In this document: one piece after another, positions 1 through 7,322 of the stretch | Position numbering within the stretch: the first letter of the stretch is position 1 | Layout: each line of letters begins with the position of its first letter | DNA from: Gemmatimonadales bacterium | GTDB lineage: Bacteria > Gemmatimonadota > Gemmatimonadetes > Gemmatimonadales > GWC2-71-9 | Length of the DNA: 64,000 nucleotides | Direction: 5' to 3' | Assembly: GCA_035309945.1 (NCBI GenBank) | Contig: DATGEQ010000009.1 | Coordinates: 2,343-66,342 of the forward strand | Program-made: the position numbers and the translations under genes | Notes under the pieces: model-generated | Told to the model about the DNA's origin: nothing | Databases searched by the model: none | Seen by the model: the letters and a program-made list of their open reading frames with translations, nothing else

Positions 1-250
1 AGCGGAAATCGAGCAGATCGGGATACGAGATGGCGAAGCGGGCGGGTTCCGAGTTCCCTGCCGCCAAGTCCACCAGCCGATCCGACTGCGGATAGGGCAA
101 CGGCCGGAGCAGCACGGCATCGACCGCGCTGAAGATCGCGGTGTTCGCCCCGATGCCGAGCGCGAGCGTCAGCACGGCGACGGCGGTGAAGCCGGGGCTT
201 TTTGCGAGTTGCCGCAGCGCGAGACGCAGGTCTTGTAGGACTGTCTCCAT
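1..250 (-). CDS. ADOP/MacB-like ABC transporter permease, N-terminal part only (gene runs off the window start)
   Basis: My own minus-strand translation from the ATG at 250-248 gives [60 protein letters not shown]... This has the same N-terminal pattern as the permease at 369..2876 ([19 protein letters not shown]). It is absent from the ORF track because the window edge truncates it. Confidence 0.8.
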   Translation of the reverse strand, partial: METVLQDLRLALRQLAKSPGFTAVAVLTLALGIGANTAIFSAVDAVLLRPLPYPQSDRLVDLAAGNSEPARFAISYPDLLDFR

Positions 251-372
251 CATTGCACGATCCACCCGTCACGAAGTTGGATGACCCGATCGCCGTATTT
301 CGCGTTCTCCTCCGAGTGCGTGACCTGCACGATCGTCGTGCCGGCCGCATTGAGGTCTCGAAGGGCGATCAT
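250..372 (-). pseudogene. 40-codon remnant of an ABC-transporter ATP-binding gene (C-terminal segment only)
   Basis: The frame reads [40 protein letters not shown]. This parallels the C-terminus of the intact ATPase at 2869..3570 (LRELHRGGATICMVTHDPRYAAHADRRIELFDGRVVE). No Walker A, Walker B or signature motif lies upstream. Its ATG overlaps the upstream TGA, and its TGA overlaps the downstream ATG (ATGA in both cases). Confidence 0.55.
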
Positions 373-2876
373 TCGTAACGCAGCGCCTCGACCGGTTCGA
401 CCTTTGACGCCCGCAGAGCCGGCAGGTAGCCGGCCCCCAATGCCACCAGCGTGAGAACGACGAGCGCCAGCGCGAACACCACCGGGTCGGTCCCCTTGAG
501 CCCGAAGAGCAGCGAGCTGGCCACCTGCCCGAGGGCCAGGGCGAGGACCAGTCCGATGATGCCGCCGATCGCCATCATGCCGGCAACCTGCCTCAGCACC
601 ATCACACGCACGCGTGACGCGCTTGCGCCGAGGGCCATCCGTACGCCGATCTCCCGCGACCGCTGGGCGACGGAATAAGCCAGGACACCGTACAAGCCCA
701 CGGCGGCGAGAAGGGTCGCGAGCGCGGCGAACGCAGCCGAGAGAATCGAAATGATGCGATCGAGGAAGATGTTGTCGTCGATTTGCTGCGGCACGGTTTT
801 CAGGTTCTCGACCGGTACGCCGGGATCGATCGCGCGAACCACGCCGGGGACGGCACGCAGCACGGTCTGTGGCTGCCGGGTGCGGACGTAGAAGCTCATG
901 ACCGAGAGATCCGTGTGCTGCCGCCACGGAAGATAGAAGACAGGCGGTACGGCGCCCTTCACTGTCGAATACTTCAGGTCGGGGACGACTCCCACGATCT
1001 GGATGTTCAGCGTGTCCGGGCCGGTCCTGGACATGTACTTGCCGAGTGCGCCTGTCGTGAGGTTGAACTTCTTGACGAAGGTTTGGTTCACCACGGCCAC
1101 GCGCGGCGCGCCCATGCGATCAGCATCGGTGAACTCGCGCCCGGCGATGAGGCGCACGCCGAGCGTCGCGAAATAGCCGCTCCCCACGAGGTTGTAGCGC
1201 GAGTTGTTGTCGACGTCGGGTCCTGTCGGGAATCCTTCTACGAACGTGCTCCTGCTGCGGTTGAAACCGCCGAACAACGGCACCGCCGCCGACGTCGTCG
1301 CGATCACGCTCGGAACCTCTGCAACGGCTTGCTCGACCCGGGCGAAGTAGGGGAGGGCGCGGGTGATGTCGTACCCGGCGCGCTCCGGCGCGAGATTGAA
1401 CGTGATGACGCTGTCGACGTGCACGCCGAGATCCACACGCGTGACGTTGACCAGGCTCTTCATGAACAGGCCTGCGGCGATCAGGAGCATTGTCGCCAGG
1501 GAGATCTGCAACGTGACCAGCAGCGCGCGAAACCGCGCGGCCGCGCGGGCTCCCGAGATGTGACCGGCATTGGCTCTGATCGTGGTCACGAGCTCGCCGC
1601 GGGTGCTGTGCCACGCGGGGAACAAGCCGAACGCGACCCCGGTCGCCAGCGCGAGCACCGCGGAGAAGAAGAGCACCGCGGGATGGAGCGTGAACTCGAG
1701 TCCCCCGCTGGCATTGGCGGGCAAGAGCGACGCGACGCCCGCCAGCGTCCACTTGGCCACCAACAGGCTCGCGGCGCCGCCGAGTGCCGCCAGCAGCACC
1801 GACTCGAGCAGCAGCTGTCCGACGAGGTGGCGGCGGCTCGCGCCGAGCGCCAGCCGGACACCCATCTCCATGGATCGCCCGGCCCCTCGGGCCAAGAGGA
1901 GGTTGGCGATGTTGGCACACGCGATGAGGAGCACGATCGCAGTCACACCGAACAGCAGCAGCAACGGCGTACGGACCTCACCCTGCATCTGACTTTGCCC
2001 TTGCTGGCCCGGCTCGAGCCCAATCTGCTTGGCCCGAAACTGCGCCAGGGTGGCCTCGCTCATCCCCTTCTGCAGGGGTACCTCAACGTCATTGATGATG
2101 GAGTGGTAAAGCCCGTTCAGCCTCGCGCTCGCCTGCTGGAGCGTCACGCCGGGCTTCAATCGGGCGAACAGGTACACCCAGTAGCTCGTCCGGTCCTCGA
2201 AGTCGCCGGCGTAGCCCGGCATCAAGAGTCCCCGCATCGTGATGGGCGTGTACACGAGCGGCCTGCTTCCGAGCGTCGTGCCCTCAAATCCCCGCGGCGT
2301 GACTCCCACGATCGTGAAGGTCTTCCCGTTGATCGCCAGCGGTTTCTCGAGCACATCACGACTGCCACCGAGGTATGCCTGCCAGTAGTCGTAGGACAAC
2401 ACCGCGACGAAGTTTGCTCCGATGCTCTGGTCGTCGGCCGGCGAAAGCAGGCGGCCGAGGGCCGGCTGGACGCCGAGCGTCGGGAAATAGGAGCCTGACA
2501 CCATCAGCCCGTTCCCTGCCACCGGTTGGCTCTGATAGACGACACTCGCGTCGAACGGGTCATGAGCCGCGATGTCGGTGAAGACCCCCCCCGCCCCCGA
2601 CTGCTGTTGCTGCAAGTCGCGGAACATCCGGTAGCTGAAGACCGCGTCGCAGTCTCCGGGCCCTCCGCAAAACCCGAATCCCGGCTTCGGACCAGGCGCC
2701 GTCAGGTTGACGAGTCGGTCCGGCTCCCGCACCGGCAGCGGACGCAGCAGGACCTGGTCGAAGAGCGAGAAGATCGCGGCGTTCGCGCCGATGCCGAGCG
2801 CGAGGGATATGATGGCGATACTGGTGACAAACGGGGTCCGAAAGAGCGTGCGGAATGCCAGGCGAACGCTAAGCAT
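369..2876 (-). CDS. ADOP-family (duplicated FtsX/MacB-like) ABC transporter permease
   Basis: About 835 aa. The N-terminus [37 protein letters not shown] is followed by a large periplasmic domain, an FtsX-like 4-TM block, a second periplasmic domain and a second FtsX block ending SKVEPVEALRYE. I chose the start at the internal ATG 2876, which overlaps the ATPase stop by 8 nt. The track ORF extends to 2948. Confidence 0.9.
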   Translation of the reverse strand: MLSVRLAFRTLFRTPFVTSIAIISLALGIGANAAIFSLFDQVLLRPLPVREPDRLVNLTAPGPKPGFGFCGGPGDCDAVFSYRMFRDLQQQQSGAGGVFTDIAAHDPFDASVVYQSQPVAGNGLMVSGSYFPTLGVQPALGRLLSPADDQSIGANFVAVLSYDYWQAYLGGSRDVLEKPLAINGKTFTIVGVTPRGFEGTTLGSRPLVYTPITMRGLLMPGYAGDFEDRTSYWVYLFARLKPGVTLQQASARLNGLYHSIINDVEVPLQKGMSEATLAQFRAKQIGLEPGQQGQSQMQGEVRTPLLLLFGVTAIVLLIACANIANLLLARGAGRSMEMGVRLALGASRRHLVGQLLLESVLLAALGGAASLLVAKWTLAGVASLLPANASGGLEFTLHPAVLFFSAVLALATGVAFGLFPAWHSTRGELVTTIRANAGHISGARAAARFRALLVTLQISLATMLLIAAGLFMKSLVNVTRVDLGVHVDSVITFNLAPERAGYDITRALPYFARVEQAVAEVPSVIATTSAAVPLFGGFNRSRSTFVEGFPTGPDVDNNSRYNLVGSGYFATLGVRLIAGREFTDADRMGAPRVAVVNQTFVKKFNLTTGALGKYMSRTGPDTLNIQIVGVVPDLKYSTVKGAVPPVFYLPWRQHTDLSVMSFYVRTRQPQTVLRAVPGVVRAIDPGVPVENLKTVPQQIDDNIFLDRIISILSAAFAALATLLAAVGLYGVLAYSVAQRSREIGVRMALGASASRVRVMVLRQVAGMMAIGGIIGLVLALALGQVASSLLFGLKGTDPVVFALALVVLTLVALGAGYLPALRASKVEPVEALRYE

Positions 2877-3570
2877 GATGCTCCTCGACCACTCGGCCGT
2901 CGAACAGCTCGATCCTGCGATCGGCGTGCGCGGCGTAGCGCGGATCATGGGTGACCATGCAGATCGTGGCGCCGCCGCGGTGCAGCTCGCGCAACAGCTC
3001 CATCACGGCTTCGCCGTTCGACGAGTCGAGGTTGCCCGTCGGCTCGTCGGCGAGAAGAATGGCCGGGTCGCCGGCTACCGCACGCGCCACCGCGACGCGC
3101 TGCTGCTGGCCGCCCGACAACTGCGCGGGATAGTGCTTGACGCGATGCGACATCCCTACGCGCTCGAGCGCCGCGGTGACGCGCTTCTTACGCTCGGCGC
3201 CTCCTCCGGAGTTTTCGCGATAGGTCAGCGGCAGCTCGACGTTCTCGTACACGGTGAGATCGCCGATCAAGTTGAACGCCTGGAAGATGAACCCGATCTG
3301 CCGGTTGCGAACGCGCGCGCGGTCGGCCGCGGAGAGGTTCGCCACCGGCTCGTTCTCGAGCAGGTAGCTCCCCTCGGTCGGCGTGTCGAGCAGGCCGAGG
3401 ATCGAGAGCAGCGTCGTCTTGCCGCACCCCGATGGTCCCGCGATCGCGACGTACTCGCCCTGCTTGATGCCAAGGTGCACATCGGCGAGCGCGTGGGTCT
3501 CCACCTCGTCGGTGTAGAAGACCTTCTTGATCCCCTGCAGCTGAATGAGTGTCGCACCGTTCCCCGTCAT
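2869..3570 (-). CDS. ABC transporter ATP-binding protein (MacB/LolD-type)
   Basis: Walker A GPSGCGKTTLL, signature LSGGQQQRVAVARA, Walker B ILLADEPTGNLD and H-loop VTHD are present. The start is the ATG at 3570, preceded by AGGAGAA. The track ORF start at 3654 lies inside the repeat element. Confidence 0.92.
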   Translation of the reverse strand: MTGNGATLIQLQGIKKVFYTDEVETHALADVHLGIKQGEYVAIAGPSGCGKTTLLSILGLLDTPTEGSYLLENEPVANLSAADRARVRNRQIGFIFQAFNLIGDLTVYENVELPLTYRENSGGGAERKKRVTAALERVGMSHRVKHYPAQLSGGQQQRVAVARAVAGDPAILLADEPTGNLDSSNGEAVMELLRELHRGGATICMVTHDPRYAAHADRRIELFDGRVVEEHHA

Positions 3571-3585
3571 TCGGTTCTCCTGGGA

Positions 3586-3655
3586 AGGTGTCAGGTGATA
3601 GGTGTTAGGTGTCAGGGACCTGCCACCTACCACCTGCCACCTATCACCTGCCACC
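3586..3655. repeat. Ten in-register heptamers forming a long imperfect inverted repeat
   Basis: The plus strand reads aggtgtc aggtgat aggtgtt aggtgtc | agggacc | tgccacc taccacc tgccacc tatcacc tgccacc. It fills the gap between the adaptor-gene stop (3655-3657) and the ATPase ribosome-binding site and start. Confidence 0.85.
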
Positions 3656-4899
3656 TATTTGAGTTTCACCCGATCCACGTTCCCGTACTGCGACATATCC
3701 GAGAGAATCACGCGATCGCCCTGGTTCAAGCCCTGGATGATCTCGATCGCATTCACCGATGACCGGCCGACGCGCACCGGCACCCGCACGGCGTAACGGC
3801 CGCCCTCCACCACCTTGAACATCCCGATCGTACTGTTGGACTGGCCGTAGGCGGGACGGCCGGTGTACAGCACGTTCTCGAGCCGGTCGACCTCGATCGT
3901 GCCGTCGACCGAAAGGTCGGGCCGCGCGCCGGCGGGGAGCGCGCCGTCGAGTGCCACGTCGACCGTTACGGTCCCGTTTACGGCGTTCGCATCGTAGCGA
4001 CTCACGTGTCCTGTAATGATTCCGTTCCTGGTATCGATAGACGCAGGCTGTCCGATCGCCACATCCTTCGCCTGGGTTTCGGGGATCTGCAGCACCGCTT
4101 TCAGTTTCCCGGGCTGCACGACCTTCGCGAGGATCGTCCCCTCCGTGACCCACTGGCCGAGCTGCAGCGACAGGTCGGTCAACGTGCCGGCGTCGCCCGC
4201 GCGCACCTGGAGTGCGCGGACGCGGGTTTCCTGGAACTGCGCGATAGCGCGCAACCGGTCGACCTGGGAGACCTGCACCGCGATCTGCGAGTCGAGGGTT
4301 GAGGCCATGAGCTCGAGCCGCTGCTGCTCGACGCGAGAGCGGGTCTCGAGCTCCTGCACGCGGTCCTTGGCAAGGGCGGCATCGTTCTGGGCGATGAGGC
4401 CGTCGCGCGCCAGGGTATCGGCGCCGAGCGCCGCCCGCTTCGCCGCCTCGTAGTCGGTGTGCGTCGTCGCGACGACGCCTTCCTGTGTGAGCTTCTGGCT
4501 CTGTAACGTGGTCCGCAGGCTCACGAGCTGCGCCTGCGCCGCGGTGTACTGCTGCTCGGCCTGCAGCGCCTGAATCTGGACGTCGGGGTTGGACATCTCG
4601 AGCAACAGCGTGTTCGGCTGCACTTGCTGCCCTGGCTGGGCGAGGATGTTCTCGACGCGCGCCGAGGCGAGCGCCGAGATGTAGCGGATGTGCTCGGGGA
4701 CGAGCGTCCCCGGGCCGCGCACTTCACGCAGCATCTCGCCGCGGCGCACCGAATCGATCCACGGCGCCCCGCCTTCGATCGTCGGCGCCGCGGGCCTGAG
4801 GCTCGTCAGCAGCAGCGTGACCAGCAGGACGACACCGGCCGCGATGCCGGCCTGCCAGAGGCGGCGGCGGTTTTTGACTGGCGCGCGCGGAATATCCAA
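3655..4899 (-). CDS. HlyD-family efflux adaptor (MacA-like periplasmic subunit)
   Basis: It has an N-terminal TM segment (IAAGVVLLVTLLLTSL), a long Q/L-rich coiled-coil hairpin region and a C-terminal beta-barrel-like part. It lies directly upstream of the ATPase and permease. The only available start is TTG at 4899, with AGGAGA about 12 nt upstream. Confidence 0.85.
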   Translation of the reverse strand: MDIPRAPVKNRRRLWQAGIAAGVVLLVTLLLTSLRPAAPTIEGGAPWIDSVRRGEMLREVRGPGTLVPEHIRYISALASARVENILAQPGQQVQPNTLLLEMSNPDVQIQALQAEQQYTAAQAQLVSLRTTLQSQKLTQEGVVATTHTDYEAAKRAALGADTLARDGLIAQNDAALAKDRVQELETRSRVEQQRLELMASTLDSQIAVQVSQVDRLRAIAQFQETRVRALQVRAGDAGTLTDLSLQLGQWVTEGTILAKVVQPGKLKAVLQIPETQAKDVAIGQPASIDTRNGIITGHVSRYDANAVNGTVTVDVALDGALPAGARPDLSVDGTIEVDRLENVLYTGRPAYGQSNSTIGMFKVVEGGRYAVRVPVRVGRSSVNAIEIIQGLNQGDRVILSDMSQYGNVDRVKLK

Positions 4900-5063
4900 A
4901 GAGGGTTCTCGATCTCCTGTTGTGGGTGCTTAAAGCACGGGGCATGCCCGCGCTTCAGGTTGGAAGCTGTTGGCAGTCGTGGGCTTACAGGTCAGGCTCG
5001 CCGGCGGATTGAGCGGACATGGGATTCCGCGTCCCAGAACCGGACAGGACATTCCCCAAGACA

Positions 5064-5094
5064 AAGCGCGGTAGCCGACCACTCTACCGCGCTT
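5064..5094 (-). terminator. Candidate intrinsic terminator of the 5126..5812 gene
   Basis: A perfect 11-bp stem (aagcgcggtag / ctaccgcgctt) encloses a 9-nt loop. On the minus strand it is followed by TTTGTCTT and sits 32 nt after the stop codon. Confidence 0.5.
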
Positions 5095-5125
5095 CGTCGC
5101 CTCCCTTCCGAAACCGGCAGCGCCA

Positions 5126-5812
5126 TCACGCCACCTTGATTCCACTGCCACCCGCTCCGGCCGGCGGCTCGTTCTTGGTCTTGAACGGCCCCAGCACGTT
5201 ACGGGCGCTGTGCCACGCTCCCATCAATTCGGCATCTTCGCCGAACTGATACTTCACCACACCGTCCAGCAACTGCACCTGCTCGGCGATCTCCGCGAAC
5301 ACCGCATCGAGATCGGCGCTTGCGCCCACATGCTCGCGCCGGGCCTCACGGGTCGCTTCGAGTGTCTGGTCGAACTCGGCCAGCGCCGCCGCAAGATCCT
5401 CGAGCACCTTCTGCGACATCCCGAGGCTCACGAGTACATCCTTCTGCCCGCTCGCGTTTTCCAACGTCGCACGGGCAGCCGTCAGCAACGCCTGTTGACT
5501 CGCGTTGCCGGGCGGCAGCGGGAACTGGTTCGCCAGCTCCCCTTTTTGCTTCGCCGCCACCTTACCCACGACACGCAAATACCGCAGGATCTTGGTCTGC
5601 AGCGCGCGCCGCACTTCCTTCCGCTGCTTGGTGGCCTGCTGCGCCATCGCCACCCCATTCCGTTGCTGACCCGCAAGCACGTTCGCTCGCTCGATCAGCT
5701 CCTCGAGCTTCGCCAGCCCGAGGCCCTGCCCTACACCTTCCGTTTGATGCGCCCGCAAGAAATCGCGGACTCGCTCGGCCATTTCTAGCCGCCTACGCAA
5801 TTGGGCTCGCAT
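5126..5812 (-). CDS. Hypothetical all-helical protein (about 228 aa)
   Basis: The start is the ATG at 5812, preceded by GGAAGGGGGG. The sequence is MRAQLRRRLEMAERVRDFLRAHQTEG... and is helical and low-complexity, with G/C-rich third codon positions. I recognise no family. Confidence 0.6.
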   Translation of the reverse strand: MRAQLRRRLEMAERVRDFLRAHQTEGVGQGLGLAKLEELIERANVLAGQQRNGVAMAQQATKQRKEVRRALQTKILRYLRVVGKVAAKQKGELANQFPLPPGNASQQALLTAARATLENASGQKDVLVSLGMSQKVLEDLAAALAEFDQTLEATREARREHVGASADLDAVFAEIAEQVQLLDGVVKYQFGEDAELMGAWHSARNVLGPFKTKNEPPAGAGGSGIKVA

Positions 5813-6031
5813 AGAGCCCCCCTTCCTGGGTGAGGACTGGACACGGCGTCGGGATCCGTGTCCGCATTGGAAATCTCCCGACACCCCACCCCAAGGAAAA
5901 AATCGTTCCACGACGAATCGTGCTCAAAGTCCCGCGTGGAGTGTCCCTTTTTGAGGACACTTTTTGCGGACTCCCGGAAAGTGCCCAAACGGCGCGACGA
6001 TCTCGTCTGATATTTCGACACACCCCCTCGC

Positions 6032-6337
6032 CTGATTGTTGATCGAAGTCCGTCGATTGTTGATCCACGCGCATCGATTCCCGATCGACCTCGGCTGATT
6101 CCCCATCGCAGCCCGCTGATCGTCGATCGCGCTCCGCCGATCGCGCCGCTGCGTCCGGTGATTGCCGATCTACGCCTGCTGATTGTTGATCGAGAACCGC
6201 TGATCGTGACTGAAGGGAGGGGGAATGTCGATCGAGGGCCGCTGATTCCGCATCGCGCATCGGTGATCGTCGATCGGCGGTCGCTGATCGTTGATCCAGG
6301 TGCCCGTCCTGGGCGAATCGGTCGTCTGATCGGTCAG
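6032..6337. repeat. 15-unit, exactly 21-bp-phased degenerate tandem repeat (core CTGATYGTYGATCG plus a 7-nt variable spacer)
   Basis: Units start at 6032, 6053, 6074, 6095, 6116, 6137, 6158, 6179, 6200, 6221, 6242, 6263, 6284, 6305 and 6326 with no indel. I counted 15 GATC tetramers in about 306 bp. Confidence 0.9.
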
Positions 6338-6353
6338 TTCTGGAGGCGGACGC

Positions 6354-7322
6354 TCAGATTTCCCAGTTGGAGAACAACACTCCCTGGACGGCTTGCCGCT
6401 CGGGGTAGCCTGCGTAGGTCATTCGCAGGTCGGTCCAGCGCACGCGATAGCCGCGGCTGATCAGGCGACGAAATGCCTCGGTGTAACGGCTCTGGCACCG
6501 GATCGCGATGCGCCGGATGCCGGCCTTTGCGGCGGCCGCCTCGACCGCGCTGACCGCGGCATCGAACGCGGCGTCGCTGCGCGCGGCGAGCTTGAGCACG
6601 CGGACCTCGTCGCGCGTCCGGCTGTCCGCCAATGGCGCCGAGTGCCACACCGCCAGGGCATCGAGGCCGGTGTCGCTCTCCACCAGCGACGTGTCACCGA
6701 GGCCCAGCTCGACGGTGAGCAGGATCTCGCGCGAGAAGTCGATGCCTGGGGCGAGATCGTTGACGAGATGACGGCCCGCCGCCACGGCTGCTTCTTTGTC
6801 TTCCGCCGCGCGTTTGGACAGCAACACCGGCGCGGGATGGCCGCGCGTCGCGATCTCGTTCGTCAGGGTGATCGTCAGGAATCCCGGCGAGAATCCCAGC
6901 CGCGCGTAGAAGCCGATATTCTCCGGCGTGCGCGGCATCGTCTCGAGGCCGAGCGTCCCAACCCCGCGATCGATCAGCCAGTCGGCCGCCGTGCGGACGA
7001 TGGTCTTGCCGATGCCCGTGCCCTGGCGATCGGGTCGCACGGCGAGCGGCCCCATCCATCCCTCGAGGCCGGCCTGGTGCGCCACGTTGAACGCGGCGAT
7101 GTCGCCATGTTCGTCGCGCCACACCATCGCGCCGTCGCCGGCGTCGAGCAGCGCGTAGCGCCATACCAGTGGATTGAGCTGCGGGACGCGGACGCCGATC
7201 AGGCCGTCGCGGCGATAGCGGTCGGTGAACGCTTCCGCAAAGACGCGGTTCAGCTCGTCGATGTCGCGCTCGGTGGCGCGCTCGGGTCCGGTGACCCGGG
7301 TATCAGGCAGCCACGCTCTCAT
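6354..7322 (-). CDS. GNAT-family N-acetyltransferase (two-lobed, about 322 aa)
   Basis: It carries an acetyl-CoA-binding-type motif, RPDRQGTGIGKTIVRTAADWLIDRG, followed by FYARLGF. The start is uncertain: ATG 7322, 7355 and 7385 are all in frame and all overlap the end of the Rad50 gene (stop at 7303-7305). Confidence 0.78.
   Translation of the reverse strand: MRAWLPDTRVTGPERATERDIDELNRVFAEAFTDRYRRDGLIGVRVPQLNPLVWRYALLDAGDGAMVWRDEHGDIAAFNVAHQAGLEGWMGPLAVRPDRQGTGIGKTIVRTAADWLIDRGVGTLGLETMPRTPENIGFYARLGFSPGFLTITLTNEIATRGHPAPVLLSKRAAEDKEAAVAAGRHLVNDLAPGIDFSREILLTVELGLGDTSLVESDTGLDALAVWHSAPLADSRTRDEVRVLKLAARSDAAFDAAVSAVEAAAAKAGIRRIAIRCQSRYTEAFRRLISRGYRVRWTDLRMTYAGYPERQAVQGVLFSNWEI

Noticed and set aside
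783-2498. Many long ORFs in the supplied track lie antisense to, or in alternate frames of, convincing genes. Examples are 783..2498 +, 7225..8598 +, 7718..9358 +, 10982..12928 +, 35392..36954 +, 37397..38971 -, 40941..42482 -, 44316..45872 -, 53202..54872 - and 60268..61620 +.
   Set aside because: Their products are Arg/Ala/Pro/Gly-rich low-complexity strings with no motifs. They overlap genes that have clear family signatures. Stop codons are rare in any frame of DNA this GC-rich, so long open frames are expected by chance.
6032-6337. The GATC-rich array as a chromosomal replication origin or as a CRISPR array.
   Set aside because: There are no dnaA/dnaN/gidA-type neighbours, no DnaA-box-like 9-mers and no AT-rich unwinding element. 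The 21-bp period, with a 14-nt core and 7-nt spacers, is far too short for CRISPR, and no cas genes are present.
6011-6460. Open reading frames through the 21-bp array that would encode 7-aa repeat proteins: plus strand LIVDRxP..., minus strand 5793..6260 and 5785..6021.
   Set aside because: Third-codon positions in these frames are A/T-rich or mixed, unlike all credible genes here. The plus-strand frame has no canonical start before 6158 and runs antisense into the GNAT gene. The core's reverse complement (CGATCRACRATCAG) contains no stop triplet, so open minus-strand frames across the array are not evidence of coding. I keep this as a caveat in the finding rather than as a gene call.
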